Shown: positions 48,209 through 58,471 of the stretch, piece after piece | Layout of the letters: each line of letters begins with the position of its first letter | How positions within the stretch are numbered: position 1 is the stretch's first letter | Notes under the pieces: model-generated | What the model was told of the DNA's origin: nothing | The model's database searches: none | Seen by the model: the letters and a program-made list of their open reading frames with translations, nothing else | Made by a program: the position numbers and the translations under genes | NCBI GenBank assembly: GCA_032128375.1 | Contig: JAQBGU010000063.1 | Coordinates: forward strand, 23,382 to 87,381 | DNA: 64,000 bases | Reading direction: 5' to 3' | Source: Deltaproteobacteria bacterium | GTDB taxonomy: Bacteria; Myxococcota_A; UBA9160; SMWR01

Positions 48209-49428
48209 AGGCAATTTCCTCCAAGGTATGGCTTCCGCTATCGGTTCTCGCTGTGGGATCACTGCTTGGCGTCGGGTTGGTCAGCGTCTCGCCAACGATC
48301 GAGACCGCGCCACCTGCCCCGCGGCCTCCGCTGGTGCGAACGGTCGAGGCGCGGCCCGAACCCGTGACCCTGTTCATCTCGGCACAGGGCACGGTGGTCC
48401 CGCGCACCGAAAGCGACCTGGTCGCGGAAGTCTCGGGGCGGATTACCTCCGTGTCGCCCCGGCTCGAGCCAGGCGGCTTCATCGAAGCAGGAGAAGTCCT
48501 GGTTCGAATCGATGGGCGCGACTACGAAGTGGCTGTGCGTCGCGCGCAAGCAGCTCTTGGTCGCGCGGACAGTGAACTCGGGCTGGCGGTCTCGAACCTC
48601 GAACGCCGGCAGCATCTGGCCGACCGCGGCGTGGGCAGCAGCTCCGCATTGGATGATGCGCGCAACACGCTGCGCGTAGCAGAAGCCGCACAAGCAGATG
48701 CGACGGCCGCACTCGAGCAGGCGCGCCGGGACCTCTCTCGAACCGATGTTCTGGCACCGTTCGCTGGTCGGGTCCGAGACAAACAAGTGGGTGTCGGGCA
48801 GTTCGTCGCGCGTGGTGCGACGTTGGCGCGGGTGTACGCAGTCGATTACGCCGAGGTCAGGTTGCCGATCCCCGACAGCGACGCCGCATTCGTCGACCTT
48901 CCGATCGCGTATCGGGACGGGGCGGATACGCAGAGTCAGCCCGCCGTTCGTCTGACCACCCGCTTTGCCGGTCGGGAGTATCACTGGCAGGGGCAGATCG
49001 TCCGTACCGAAGGAGAAATCGACGCCCGGACCCGAATGATCCACGCAGTGGCGCGCGTCGAGAACCCGTATGCGCGCGGCGATGATCCGACTCGACCGCC
49101 GCTCGCCGTCGGCATGTTCGTCCAGGCGCAGATCCAGGGTCGCCGTGTCGAAGCGGTCGTGGCTGTCCCGCGCACCGCTCTGCGGGGAGCGAGCCAGCTG
49201 GCCATCATCGACGCTGAGGGCCGACTCCGTCTTCGCGAAGTCGAAGTACTTCAACAAACGGCCGACCACGTGTTGATCCGCTCGGGAGTCCTGGCAGGTG
49301 AGTCAGTCGTGACTTCTCCGGTGCCCGTCAGCGTCGAGGGGATGCTCGTCGAAATAGAGCCCGAGGAAGTAGAGCAGCAGAGCAGAGATCCGCATCTGAA
49401 CGTCTCCGAAAAGGACGCGACCCAATGA
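48205..49428 (+). CDS. RND efflux periplasmic adaptor subunit
   Basis: AQGTVVPR, AEVSGRI, helical hairpin, APFAGRV, PLAVGMFV. Confidence 0.93.
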   Translation: MKAISSKVWLPLSVLAVGSLLGVGLVSVSPTIETAPPAPRPPLVRTVEARPEPVTLFISAQGTVVPRTESDLVAEVSGRITSVSPRLEPGGFIEAGEVLVRIDGRDYEVAVRRAQAALGRADSELGLAVSNLERRQHLADRGVGSSSALDDARNTLRVAEAAQADATAALEQARRDLSRTDVLAPFAGRVRDKQVGVGQFVARGATLARVYAVDYAEVRLPIPDSDAAFVDLPIAYRDGADTQSQPAVRLTTRFAGREYHWQGQIVRTEGEIDARTRMIHAVARVENPYARGDDPTRPPLAVGMFVQAQIQGRRVEAVVAVPRTALRGASQLAIIDAEGRLRLREVEVLQQTADHVLIRSGVLAGESVVTSPVPVSVEGMLVEIEPEEVEQQSRDPHLNVSEKDATQ

Positions 49429-52400
49429 ACGGCGCGATCGGTTGGTTCGCGCGGAATTCGGTTGCAGCCAACGTGCTGATGGCGCTGCTGATTGCGGGCG
49501 GGCTGTTGACGGTTCCAACGATTCGTCAGGAAGTCTTCCCGTCGATCGAACTCGACATCATCACTGTGTCGGTCTCCTACCCGGGAGCGTCGCCGAAGGG
49601 AGTCGAGGAAGCAATCTGCGTTCGGGTCGAACAGGCGCTTCGGGGCATGCAAGGCGCGAAACGCATCCGCTGCTCTGCTTCCGAAGGACACGGCCGCGTC
49701 ATCGTCGAACTTCTCGCGGGCGAAGACGCGGAGCGTCGGCTCAATGACATACGGGGACGAGTCGACGGGATCGACACGTTTCCCGAATCGGCCAAAGCGC
49801 CGATCGTGAGTCAAGGAGAATTTCGCTTCCAGGTGCTCGACATCGCAGTTTCCGGACATGTCGACGAACTCACGTTGAAGCGAATCGGTCAGCGAACGAG
49901 AGACGAAATCGCGGCCCTGCCAGGCGTGACGGACGCCGAATTGATTGCGACGCGGCCGTACGAAGTGTCGATCGAGATGTCCGAGCAGAACCTGCGCCGC
50001 TATGGACTCACCTTCGACGAAGTCGCGCGCGCAGTCTCGCGTTCGTCGCTCGATCTGCCCGGCGGTACATTGCGAACCGCCAGTGGCGAGATCCTGTTGC
50101 GAACGCGCGGTCAGGCGTACAGCGCGACAGAATTCGCTGCGATCACACTGATCGCCCGCGCCGACGGAACACGGCTGACGCTCGGGGACGTGGCCCGCGT
50201 AGTCGATGGGTTCCGCGAATCGGACCAACGAACGCAGTTCGACGAAGAACCGGCCGTCATCGTGCAGGTGTTTCGAGTCGGCGACCAAAGCGCACTCGAG
50301 ATCTCGCGACAGGTCAAGATGTACATGGAGCACGCACGGCTCGCGCTCCCCGCCGGCGTCTCGCTGACCCTCGCTCAGGACGATTCGCGATTCCTGCGCA
50401 GCCGACTCGATACGCTGACGGGCAACGCGCAGAGCGGCTTCGCGCTCGTGCTGCTCGTTCTGGCTCTCTTCTTGCGCCTGCGCTTGGCGTTTTGGGTGAG
50501 CGTCGGAGTGCCGATCTCCTTTTTGGGTGCACTGTGGATGCTTCCCAGCATGGACATCTCGATCAATTTGATTTCATTGGTAGGCTTCATCGTCGTACTC
50601 GGTATCGTGGTCGACGACGCGATCATCATCGGCGAGAACGTACACGCCAGTCAGTCAGACGGCCGCAGCCGGCTGGAGGCGGCGATCGCCGGCGCGCGAG
50701 GCGTCGCCACTCCCGTGACCTTCGGTGTCCTCACCACCGTCGCAGCATTTGCGCCGATGTTGTTCGTACCGGGCCCGATGGGTCGCATCGCACGTGTGAT
50801 CCCGATCATCGTTTGCGCATGCCTGTTCTTTTCGCTGATCGAATCACTGTTCGTACTGCCGGCCCATCTGGCTCACGGTAAGGCCGACGACGACCCACAG
50901 CAGCGCATGCGGCTGAGCCAGTGGTGGCGCGGCGTGCAGGATCGTATTGCGGCCGCGCTCGATGGATTCATCAGCAACGTCTACCGCCCCGCGCTCGAGG
51001 TCGTGCTCGAGTGGCGTTATGTTGCGTTGTCGGCCGGGGTCGCGATCATGCTGGTAACGGCTGGACTCATCGGCGGAGGATGGATTCGCTTCGTCTTTCA
51101 GCCCGATGTCGAATCCGACGTGATGGTGGCCTATGTCTCGATGCCCGAGGGCACACCCGTTGAGGTTACCGAGCGCGCCGTCGCAAGACTCGCCCGGGCA
51201 GCCCGAACGGTAGACGAGGGAGCCAGCGCGGCTGGCGAAGGCGATGCGTTCACGCACCTGACGACTTCGGTCGGGCATCAGCCGTATCGACAAAAGCAAG
51301 CGTCGGGACCGGCGGCGTTCGAGAAAGCTGCAGCCACCGGAGGTCATCTCGGCGAAGTGCAGATCGAAGTCGGGCCCGAAGACGGCCGTGACGTGACCGT
51401 CGCCGAACTCGTCCGACGCTGGCGACAGCAGACCGGCCAGATCCCCGGCACCGAAGAGCTCACCTTCAATGCAACGCTCATCAGCGCGGGGTCGGCTCTC
51501 GCGATCCAGCTGACCGGTACCGACCTGCCTGCTTTGCACATGGCGGCGAGGGACGTCAAACAACGCCTCGCCCACTACCCGGGCGTGATCGACCTTTCCG
51601 ACAGCTTCCGCGGCGGCAAGCAGGAACTCGAGCTCCAGTTGCTACCCTCGGCGGCGGCGTTGGGCTTGAGCCTCGAGGACCTCGCGCGCCAGATTCGGCA
51701 AGCGTTCTATGGCCACGAAGTGCAGCGCATTCAGCGCGGCTCCGACGATGTGCGGGTCATGCTTCGATTTCCGGCGGCCCAAAGGCGCTCGTTGAGTGAC
51801 CTCGACAGCATGCGCATTCGCACCGCCGACGGAGCCGCCGTCCCGTTTGGCGCTGTGGCGAGCGCGACACTGGTCGACGGCTACTCGACCATCAGTCGAG
51901 TCGATGGGCGACGCGTCGTCACGGTGTCGGGTGGCATCGATGGCAACATGGCCAATGCAAACGAGATCGTGGCCGACTTGCGGAGCGAACATCTCCAGGC
52001 GCTGGCTGCTGCCTATCCGTCGGTAGAATTTTCGTTCGAAGGCGAGCAACGAGAGCAATCGGAATTTCTCGGAAGCCTCGTGCGCGGCTGGATGATGGCG
52101 ATGTTGGTGATTTATGCGTTGCTTGCGGTTCCGTTGCGTTCGTACATGCAGCCGTTCATCATCATGGCCGCGATTCCCTTCGGCCTGATCGGTGCAGTCT
52201 GGGGGCACGTGGTGATGGGCCACGCATTGAGCATGTTCTCGATGATCGGATTGGTGGCGCTTTCGGGCGTTGTCGTCAACGACAGCCTGGTGCTCGTAGA
52301 TTGGGTCAATCGCCTGCGGCGCGAGGGCACGCCGCTTCAGCGCGCAATTCGCGAAACCGGCTCGTCACGCTTTCGCGCCGTCATGCTGACGTCGCTGACG

Positions 52401-52625
52401 ACGTTTGCGGGCCTGTCCCCGCTGTTATTCGAACGCAGCGTTCAGGCTCAGATGTTGATCCCGATGGCGATCTCGCTGGCCTTCGGCGTGATGGCAGCCA
52501 CCGCGATCACACTCTTTCTGGTGCCAGCGACGTACCTGATCCTGGAAGATCTGAACGGTTGGGTCCGCGGCTCGACAACCGAACCGGAAGTATCAACGGC
52601 TTCCATGGGCTTGGCGCAGTCCTAG
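49425..52625 (+). CDS. RND efflux permease subunit (AcrB/AcrD/AcrF family)
   Basis: 1066 aa; GIVVDDAIIIGEN, GVVVNDSLVLV, RFRAVMLTSLTT. Confidence 0.96.
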   Translation: MNGAIGWFARNSVAANVLMALLIAGGLLTVPTIRQEVFPSIELDIITVSVSYPGASPKGVEEAICVRVEQALRGMQGAKRIRCSASEGHGRVIVELLAGEDAERRLNDIRGRVDGIDTFPESAKAPIVSQGEFRFQVLDIAVSGHVDELTLKRIGQRTRDEIAALPGVTDAELIATRPYEVSIEMSEQNLRRYGLTFDEVARAVSRSSLDLPGGTLRTASGEILLRTRGQAYSATEFAAITLIARADGTRLTLGDVARVVDGFRESDQRTQFDEEPAVIVQVFRVGDQSALEISRQVKMYMEHARLALPAGVSLTLAQDDSRFLRSRLDTLTGNAQSGFALVLLVLALFLRLRLAFWVSVGVPISFLGALWMLPSMDISINLISLVGFIVVLGIVVDDAIIIGENVHASQSDGRSRLEAAIAGARGVATPVTFGVLTTVAAFAPMLFVPGPMGRIARVIPIIVCACLFFSLIESLFVLPAHLAHGKADDDPQQRMRLSQWWRGVQDRIAAALDGFISNVYRPALEVVLEWRYVALSAGVAIMLVTAGLIGGGWIRFVFQPDVESDVMVAYVSMPEGTPVEVTERAVARLARAARTVDEGASAAGEGDAFTHLTTSVGHQPYRQKQASGPAAFEKAAATGGHLGEVQIEVGPEDGRDVTVAELVRRWRQQTGQIPGTEELTFNATLISAGSALAIQLTGTDLPALHMAARDVKQRLAHYPGVIDLSDSFRGGKQELELQLLPSAAALGLSLEDLARQIRQAFYGHEVQRIQRGSDDVRVMLRFPAAQRRSLSDLDSMRIRTADGAAVPFGAVASATLVDGYSTISRVDGRRVVTVSGGIDGNMANANEIVADLRSEHLQALAAAYPSVEFSFEGEQREQSEFLGSLVRGWMMAMLVIYALLAVPLRSYMQPFIIMAAIPFGLIGAVWGHVVMGHALSMFSMIGLVALSGVVVNDSLVLVDWVNRLRREGTPLQRAIRETGSSRFRAVMLTSLTTFAGLSPLLFERSVQAQMLIPMAISLAFGVMAATAITLFLVPATYLILEDLNGWVRGSTTEPEVSTASMGLAQS

Positions 52626-52847
52626 TTACCGTCGAGAGCCGCGAAGGGCGACACGGACGAGCGACCTTTGAAAAAGTGACCGGCGTACAACGACGACCAA
52701 TAGGGTCGCTGCGCCGAACAGCGCCACGTGAAACGGGTCGGAGAGATAGTGGACAAGGCCGAAGTTGCCCCCCGAAGCATGTTCGGGGTGGGCGGCGGCC
52801 ACGCCGGGAATGAGAATTGCGCCAATCGCGATCGCGAGCTTGCTCAT
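52626..52847 (-). CDS. Small His-containing exported/membrane protein (HupE/UreJ N-terminus-like)
   Basis: AGGAG RBS; signal peptide ending AAAHPEH, GLVHYLSDPFH, one TM and a basic tail; 73 aa. Confidence 0.65.
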   Translation of the reverse strand: MSKLAIAIGAILIPGVAAAHPEHASGGNFGLVHYLSDPFHVALFGAATLLVVVVRRSLFQRSLVRVALRGSRR

Positions 52848-52858
52848 GCTATCTCCTG

Positions 52859-52901
52859 TCGTTCTTTCGTTCTTTCGTTCTTCATTCTTCGTTCTTCGTT
52901 C
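52859..52901. repeat. Imperfect tandem repeat (TCGTTCT[T]) x6
   Basis: Seen directly, just upstream of the RBS of 52626-52847. Confidence 0.85.
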
Positions 52902-53131
52902 TGTCGTGGGTTCGGGAATGGGTCCGATATTCAGAGTGCCGCACGTGCGGAGTGTACCCGACCCGCGCGGAGATGCGCCGAGCGGATCTGGCCACCTCCC
53001 CGCTCCCCGCTGAGCCCGGATTTTCGGATCAGGTCTAGTGCCCGCGTGTGGTAGCGTCGAATCCCGGTCTGTACCCAAGTCCCGGCAGATCGATTCACCA
53101 CACTCCGACCTGCCGTGGAGAAACCTGGAAC

Positions 53132-54388
53132 ATGTCCGCTGCCTCGAACAGCTCCGAACGCGGCGCGGGCTGGTTCGCAGCCACCGTTGGCTCCGGCTTT
53201 GGCGCGATCGGAATGCAGTCACTGCTGTTCTCCTGGCTCATTGTCGGCGAACTGCACGCGAGTCCCGAATGGGTCGGCATCGCGCAGACCGCGTCGGCGT
53301 TGCCTCAGGTCGCGCTGTTGATGGTTGCCGGCGCGGTCGCGGACCGTTTGGAGCCACGCAGAATGCTCGCGGCAATGCACATCGTAGCGGCCATTCCACC
53401 CCTGGCGCTGGCAGCCGTAGTCCTGACCGGAAGCCTCAGTATCGCGAGCGTCATCAGCTACGGGGTCGCCTTTGGGGCAGTGAATGGCTTCCTGATGCCT
53501 CCACGGGACACGCTGCTGTCGCGCGTCGCCGGAGCCAATGTGGTCCGCGCAGTGACTGCGATGACGGTGGTCCAGTTCATCTCGCAGATCGTGGGTACGC
53601 TGGTTGCCGGGACGATCGATTGGGTCGGTTCGCCAGCCATTCTCATCATGCAGTCGACGATCATCGTCGCCGGAGCGTACTTCGCGTTTCGCCTCCCGGG
53701 GCCGGAGAGCGTTTTCGATGGCTCTGCTTCGACCGCAGCATCAACCCAAGACTCCGCGCCCGCCGACACGCGCAACCGTCGCGGTGGTGGGAGGTACCAG
53801 GCTACAGCCGGCCTGCGTGAAGTGAGGAGCAACCCGGCGTTGTTGGCGATGCTGTTGCTGATCACCTGTGTGGGCGTGTTCTTTGTCGGGCCGTTTCTGG
53901 TCGTGTTTCCCGTGCTGGTTCGCGATTTCTATCAAGGGGGTGCGCAGGATCTGTCTTTGGTGCTGACACTGTTCCCGGTCGGCGCGATCGCGGGGTCGCT
54001 GGCATTGCGAGCGCTGGGCGAAATTCGGCTCAAGGTACGCGCTGTGATGATCGCGCTGCTGGCCGGTTCTGTGACACTCGCGGTGATCGGGACAGGGCCC
54101 AGCTGGCCCTGGTATCTGCTGCTAACGTTGTGCTGGGGGCTGGCAGGTTCCGTCTTCATCAACCTGAGCCGCTCGGTGTTCCAAGAGCAGGCGAGCAGCG
54201 CAAATCGCGCCCGCGTCCTTGCGGTCTATCAACTGGGCATCATGGCAGGAGGTCCCATCGGCTCGCTGATTTCTGGCTTCGCTTCCGGTTCGGTCGGTCC
54301 GCACGCGACGCTGTTCATAGCGTCTGGTGCGATGATCGCTGTCGTCGCCGCGACGTGGCTATTTACACGCTCGGCTGCGATCGAATAG
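53132..54388 (+). CDS. MFS transporter (MFS_3-like)
   Basis: AGAVADRLEPRR, about 12 TMs, RARVLAVYQL. Confidence 0.92.
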   Translation: MSAASNSSERGAGWFAATVGSGFGAIGMQSLLFSWLIVGELHASPEWVGIAQTASALPQVALLMVAGAVADRLEPRRMLAAMHIVAAIPPLALAAVVLTGSLSIASVISYGVAFGAVNGFLMPPRDTLLSRVAGANVVRAVTAMTVVQFISQIVGTLVAGTIDWVGSPAILIMQSTIIVAGAYFAFRLPGPESVFDGSASTAASTQDSAPADTRNRRGGGRYQATAGLREVRSNPALLAMLLLITCVGVFFVGPFLVVFPVLVRDFYQGGAQDLSLVLTLFPVGAIAGSLALRALGEIRLKVRAVMIALLAGSVTLAVIGTGPSWPWYLLLTLCWGLAGSVFINLSRSVFQEQASSANRARVLAVYQLGIMAGGPIGSLISGFASGSVGPHATLFIASGAMIAVVAATWLFTRSAAIE

Positions 54389-54393
54389 CAGCG

Positions 54394-55365
54394 TCAGGGT
54401 TGCAGCGTTGCGTACGCTAGCCGCACGAAATCATCCGCCTTCAGGAATCCGCCCCCCCACTTCGCATCGAACGCAGCCGTTGGCTTCAGGGCGACGACCT
54501 CATCGACGCTGCGGCCGGCCTCGATCGCTGTCGAGATCTGACTTCGCACTTCGCCCAACATGGCGCGGTATTGCGCAAGCTCAGCCTTGTCCGAGACTGG
54601 GCCGTGCCCGGGGATAATTTTCGTTTCATCGTTCGCCAGCTGCAGCACTTGATCGGCCGCCGCGATCAATCCACTGAGCGTGCCACCGCTCGATGTATCG
54701 ATGAACGGATAGATCCCGTTGAAATAGGTATCGCCCATATGAATGACGTTGGCGCCGCGAAACTCGACCACGGAATCACCATCGGTATGGGCAGGATCCA
54801 CGTGAAACACATGGATCTCGTCACCGTTGAGGTGCAGCGTCAGTGTCCGATCGAACGTTACGACCGGGAGCGCTTCGGTGGGTGAAGCCGGCACGCGTCG
54901 GTCGAACGCGGCCGTGAACTGTTCGACTCTCATGCGCTCGCGAACGTTGTCGTGCGCGATGATCACCGCCCCAGCGCGACCGAGGTTTTCGTTGCCGCCC
55001 GAGTGGTCGCCGTGCCAATGTGTGTTCAACACGAAGCGGACGCTTTGTGGACTGAGCTCGGCAACGGCGGCCAGGATCTTCGACGTAAGTGGCGCAAACT
55101 GGTCATCGATCAGTATGACACCGTCGGCACCCACGGAGACGCCGATGTTCCCGCCCCGGCCCGTGAGCATATGGACGCCTCCACCGAGATCGGTGGCTTG
55201 AATCTGGACTGCGTCGAAGTCTTGCGCAAACGCCGCCGAAATGTCGAACGCGAGCCCGATTGTCATCAGGAACAGGAAGAGCATCACGTGGTTCGCGAGC
55301 CACACCCTCGAGACAAAGCGACCCGGGAATTCGGCGGCCAGAACCGTTTTCTGGAAGGCGCTCAT
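54394..55365 (-). CDS. MBL-fold metallo-hydrolase (cyclase-like), exported
   Basis: NTHWHGDHSGGN, AHTDGD, HMGD, IPGHG. Confidence 0.93.
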   Translation of the reverse strand: MSAFQKTVLAAEFPGRFVSRVWLANHVMLFLFLMTIGLAFDISAAFAQDFDAVQIQATDLGGGVHMLTGRGGNIGVSVGADGVILIDDQFAPLTSKILAAVAELSPQSVRFVLNTHWHGDHSGGNENLGRAGAVIIAHDNVRERMRVEQFTAAFDRRVPASPTEALPVVTFDRTLTLHLNGDEIHVFHVDPAHTDGDSVVEFRGANVIHMGDTYFNGIYPFIDTSSGGTLSGLIAAADQVLQLANDETKIIPGHGPVSDKAELAQYRAMLGEVRSQISTAIEAGRSVDEVVALKPTAAFDAKWGGGFLKADDFVRLAYATLQP

Positions 55366-55387
55366 GCGGGACCTCCGGCGGGAGAAA

Positions 55388-55810
55388 TCAATCAGAAAAG
55401 ACGTTCTTGATTCCGGCGATCCCGTTCTTGTAAATGCCTTCGACCATACCGCGGGCCTGCTCTTCACTGACCCCATTCGGCGTGAACGTAGACTCCCACT
55501 CGACGCGGCACTGGTTCGGGCCTGTGTCGACGATCGTCATCGTCGCGTAGTAGTCGTTGAGCGGAAGCAACAATTCCCCCACGAAGCTGTAGCTGAAGGT
55601 TCGATGCGCGTCGTCATGGGCTTCGAGCTTCTCCTGCAGCTGTGCACCGCCGGCGATGCCAATCGTCCGAACCGCGCCGACTCCATCCCCTTCAACGCTG
55701 ACCGATTCGATCGCGCTGCCCGACCACTTCATGATTCCGCCGAAACCTCGAACCAGCTCCCACACCCGCTCTGCGCAAGCCTGCAGCTCTTCAGTCACGA
55801 GGACCTTCAT
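55388..55810 (-). CDS. SRPBCC (polyketide cyclase 2) family protein
   Basis: VWELVRGFGG, GVGAVRTI, C-terminal helix IYKNGIAGIK. AGGAG RBS. Confidence 0.9.
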   Translation of the reverse strand: MKVLVTEELQACAERVWELVRGFGGIMKWSGSAIESVSVEGDGVGAVRTIGIAGGAQLQEKLEAHDDAHRTFSYSFVGELLLPLNDYYATMTIVDTGPNQCRVEWESTFTPNGVSEEQARGMVEGIYKNGIAGIKNVFSD

Positions 55811-56157
55811 CGCATTTTCTCCTGGATTTTTCCGGTTCAGATATTACCAGCCGCCGGATGATTCGACCTGCCTCACCTGCGCTCGCCTTCCGACGGACCC
55901 CCTCGGGTACCGCCTGCAGTATACGCGGAGCCGCTGCCAGCCGGGGCCATCCCATGAGATCTCGGGGGTTGGCAGGCGGAATCGATCCGTCTCCTGCCTG
56001 GCAGAGTGGCTACTCCCTCAGCTCGGAGTCGTTCAGGCGTCGGGTCATTGAAGAGCCGTGCGACTGTTGCGGTCAATGGTCTGCTAGGTCCAGCGGGATG
56101 CTGGCCGCTATGCTGTACCGAATTGCGGTTCCCAATGGCGTCTTCCACTTCCTTCTG

Positions 56158-56196
56158 CACTTTCGTCTTTGTTTTCGTCTTCACTTTCGTCTTCAC
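56158..56196. repeat. Imperfect tandem repeat CACTTTCGTCTT x3
   Basis: Seen directly upstream of the gene starting at 56221. Confidence 0.85.
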
Positions 56197-56220
56197 CCAA
56201 GAAACGCGAGGATTTTCTGG

Positions 56221-57303
56221 ATGAGCGACCGTTTCGATGTCGTCCGCGACGAGATGCAGCGCCAGGTCGACAAGGGAATCCGGCCGTCGATCCAGGTCGC
56301 GATCGATTGGCGAGGCGAGCTGGTATTCGACGAGGCGATCGGAATCGACGCGAGCCCCGAGTCGAACTACACGTTGTGGAGTTCCACCAAGCCTCTGATC
56401 GCAGTCGCCTTGCTGCAGGTCATCGAAGAAGGCGGCGCGCGGCTGCGGGACCGGGTTCACAAGTTCATCCCAGAATTCGGCACCCACGGCAAGCAGGCCT
56501 GTACGATCGCTCACCTGCTCTCGCACCGGGGCGGCTTTCCGGATTCTGGACAGCACATGACCCAACTGGCACGGGTTTCGCGGAACTGGGATGCAGCTCT
56601 CACAGCCGTGTGTGAAATGGAGGCCCAGTGGGAGCCCGGTACCGACCGAGGTTATCACCCGACCTCGAGTTGGTTCATCGTGGGAGAACTCGTACAGCGG
56701 TTGCGTGACGAGCCCTTGTGGGACACATTGCGCAAGCGCGTGTTGGACCCCGCCGGAATCAGCAGCGATGGGTTCTGCCTGGGTAATCCGGAAATACTGA
56801 GCCGACCGCCGATGCGCGTGAGCGCGCGTGACGAGAAGGGCGCACCCACAGATGCCGCTTGGTGGAACGATCCCATGACCCACGGCGCCGTCATTCCCGG
56901 TGGAAATGGGATCTCGCGCGCGAACCAAATGATCCGCTTCTACCGCACGCTACTCGATGGCGGCAAAGGCCCGGGCGGACGCATGCTGTCGGCCGAGATG
57001 GTTCGAATGGCGACATTTCCCAACGCTGTTGGATCGATCGACCGAACCTTCTTGATCGACATTCCCTGGGGACTCGGCTTCCATCTCAAACACGTCCACC
57101 CAACTCTCGATGACTGCGGCAAGACGGCGACGCCCGGGACCTTCGGCCACGCTGGACACTTTCTCGTCAATACCGCTTGGGCAGATCCCGGCAAAGACCT
57201 CACCGCGTGCATTCTCGCCAACGGCCTGACGGCTCCGCGCGTGGGAACCCGCGCCGTGGTAGCGCTTTCGCAATCGATCCACGATGCGGTCGACAGAGGC
57301 TGA
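56221..57303 (+). CDS. Serine hydrolase, beta-lactamase family
   Basis: WSSTK (SxxK), LLSHRGG, WEPGTDRGYH, FGHAG. Confidence 0.93.
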   Translation: MSDRFDVVRDEMQRQVDKGIRPSIQVAIDWRGELVFDEAIGIDASPESNYTLWSSTKPLIAVALLQVIEEGGARLRDRVHKFIPEFGTHGKQACTIAHLLSHRGGFPDSGQHMTQLARVSRNWDAALTAVCEMEAQWEPGTDRGYHPTSSWFIVGELVQRLRDEPLWDTLRKRVLDPAGISSDGFCLGNPEILSRPPMRVSARDEKGAPTDAAWWNDPMTHGAVIPGGNGISRANQMIRFYRTLLDGGKGPGGRMLSAEMVRMATFPNAVGSIDRTFLIDIPWGLGFHLKHVHPTLDDCGKTATPGTFGHAGHFLVNTAWADPGKDLTACILANGLTAPRVGTRAVVALSQSIHDAVDRG

Positions 57304-57392
57304 CGGCGCGGTGTCCACGAGCCGACCCAAGCTGGTGGTCTTCACACGCTTGGGTGTCTCGGAGAAGTGTCGGGGTAGGTCCGCCTACTCGG

Positions 57393-58388
57393 TCAATCGG
57401 GTGTGGCAGCGGGCGGCGCGTCGAGTTGCACGTTCAATTCGAACGACTGTAGCGTTGTAGCACCCTCGCGATCCGATACCGCCACCTGGACCGGATGCAT
57501 TCCGGTCTGGCTCTCATTCGGAGTCCACTTGACCACGCCTAGCACGGGGTCGACCGTCATCCCCTCTGGCCCGTCGCGAAGCTCGTAGCGAAGCGTGCCG
57601 CTGCCATCGGGATCGCTGGCTTCGATCTCGTAGCTGAAAACGCCTTCGTTCCAGGTTCCGTCGGGGTTCGATGAGATCTTCGGGTTGGCGTTGCCCACGC
57701 GAACGACGACGCTCTCGATCGAATCGCTCTGTTCATCACCGTCACTGGCATACACCGTGGCCTGAATCCGGTCGCCTCGGCTGAGCTCCAGCGTGTCGAG
57801 CGTTGCCAGACTCTCGGAGATCGGGTCGCCGTTTACGCGCCAGCTATACGTGTAGTCGATGGGGTCGCCATCGGGGTCGCGCGCTTGGGCCGTGGCAGTC
57901 ACCTCGGCTCCCGACGGCACTTCGTTTGCGGGCCGCAGCCCGACGCCGAGCATCACGGGCGGTTGGTTGCGCACGCGGGCCTCGGCTCGGGCCACTTCGC
58001 TCTCGCCGTGTCCGTCACTGGCAGTCAGGGTGACTTCGATCCGATCGCCTTTCGACACCTCGTTCAATTCGATGAACGATTCGCCCGTCTGGATCGATTC
58101 GCCGTTGACCCTCCACAAAAATCCGAGCTCGAGCAGATCACCGTCGGCGTCTTCGGTCGCGACCACTGCGCGAACCTGGTCGCCCGAGATCGGCGTTTGA
58201 GGCTCGATCCGCAGGCTGCGAATCGTCGGAGGGTGGTTGACCTTTTCCTGCCGGGTTGCCGGCTTCTCGTCGACACGTTGGGGCTCATTGACCGCTGCGA
58301 CACCGCTTGAACGGTTCGATTCGTCCCCACCGCACGCAACCGCGCCCGCGGCAACGATGGCTGCCATGGTCAGCCTGATTCCCTGCAT
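57393..58388 (-). CDS. Lipoprotein with tandem Ig-like (cadherin / He_PIG-like) domains
   Basis: Lipobox AVAC; repeats NxPP...DxDGD...WRVNG...GDRI; GPEGMTVDPVLGVVKWTP. Confidence 0.85.
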   Translation of the reverse strand: MQGIRLTMAAIVAAGAVACGGDESNRSSGVAAVNEPQRVDEKPATRQEKVNHPPTIRSLRIEPQTPISGDQVRAVVATEDADGDLLELGFLWRVNGESIQTGESFIELNEVSKGDRIEVTLTASDGHGESEVARAEARVRNQPPVMLGVGLRPANEVPSGAEVTATAQARDPDGDPIDYTYSWRVNGDPISESLATLDTLELSRGDRIQATVYASDGDEQSDSIESVVVRVGNANPKISSNPDGTWNEGVFSYEIEASDPDGSGTLRYELRDGPEGMTVDPVLGVVKWTPNESQTGMHPVQVAVSDREGATTLQSFELNVQLDAPPAATPD

Positions 58389-58471
58389 CCCCGTTCCCCC
58401 CGAACAGCTTCCTCTTTGCGAAACGCTCGACATTCCCAGACTCGAGCCTGGCTCGAGCATCGAGTCAATTT

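Noticed and set aside
52900..53130. Possible cobalamin or NiCo riboswitch upstream of the His-rich peptide
   Set aside because: No conserved riboswitch core recognised by eye; an Rfam/Infernal scan would be needed.
55815..56150. Long intergenic region as a possible ncRNA
   Set aside because: Only short GC-rich hairpins; no repeat copy or known motif supports a call.
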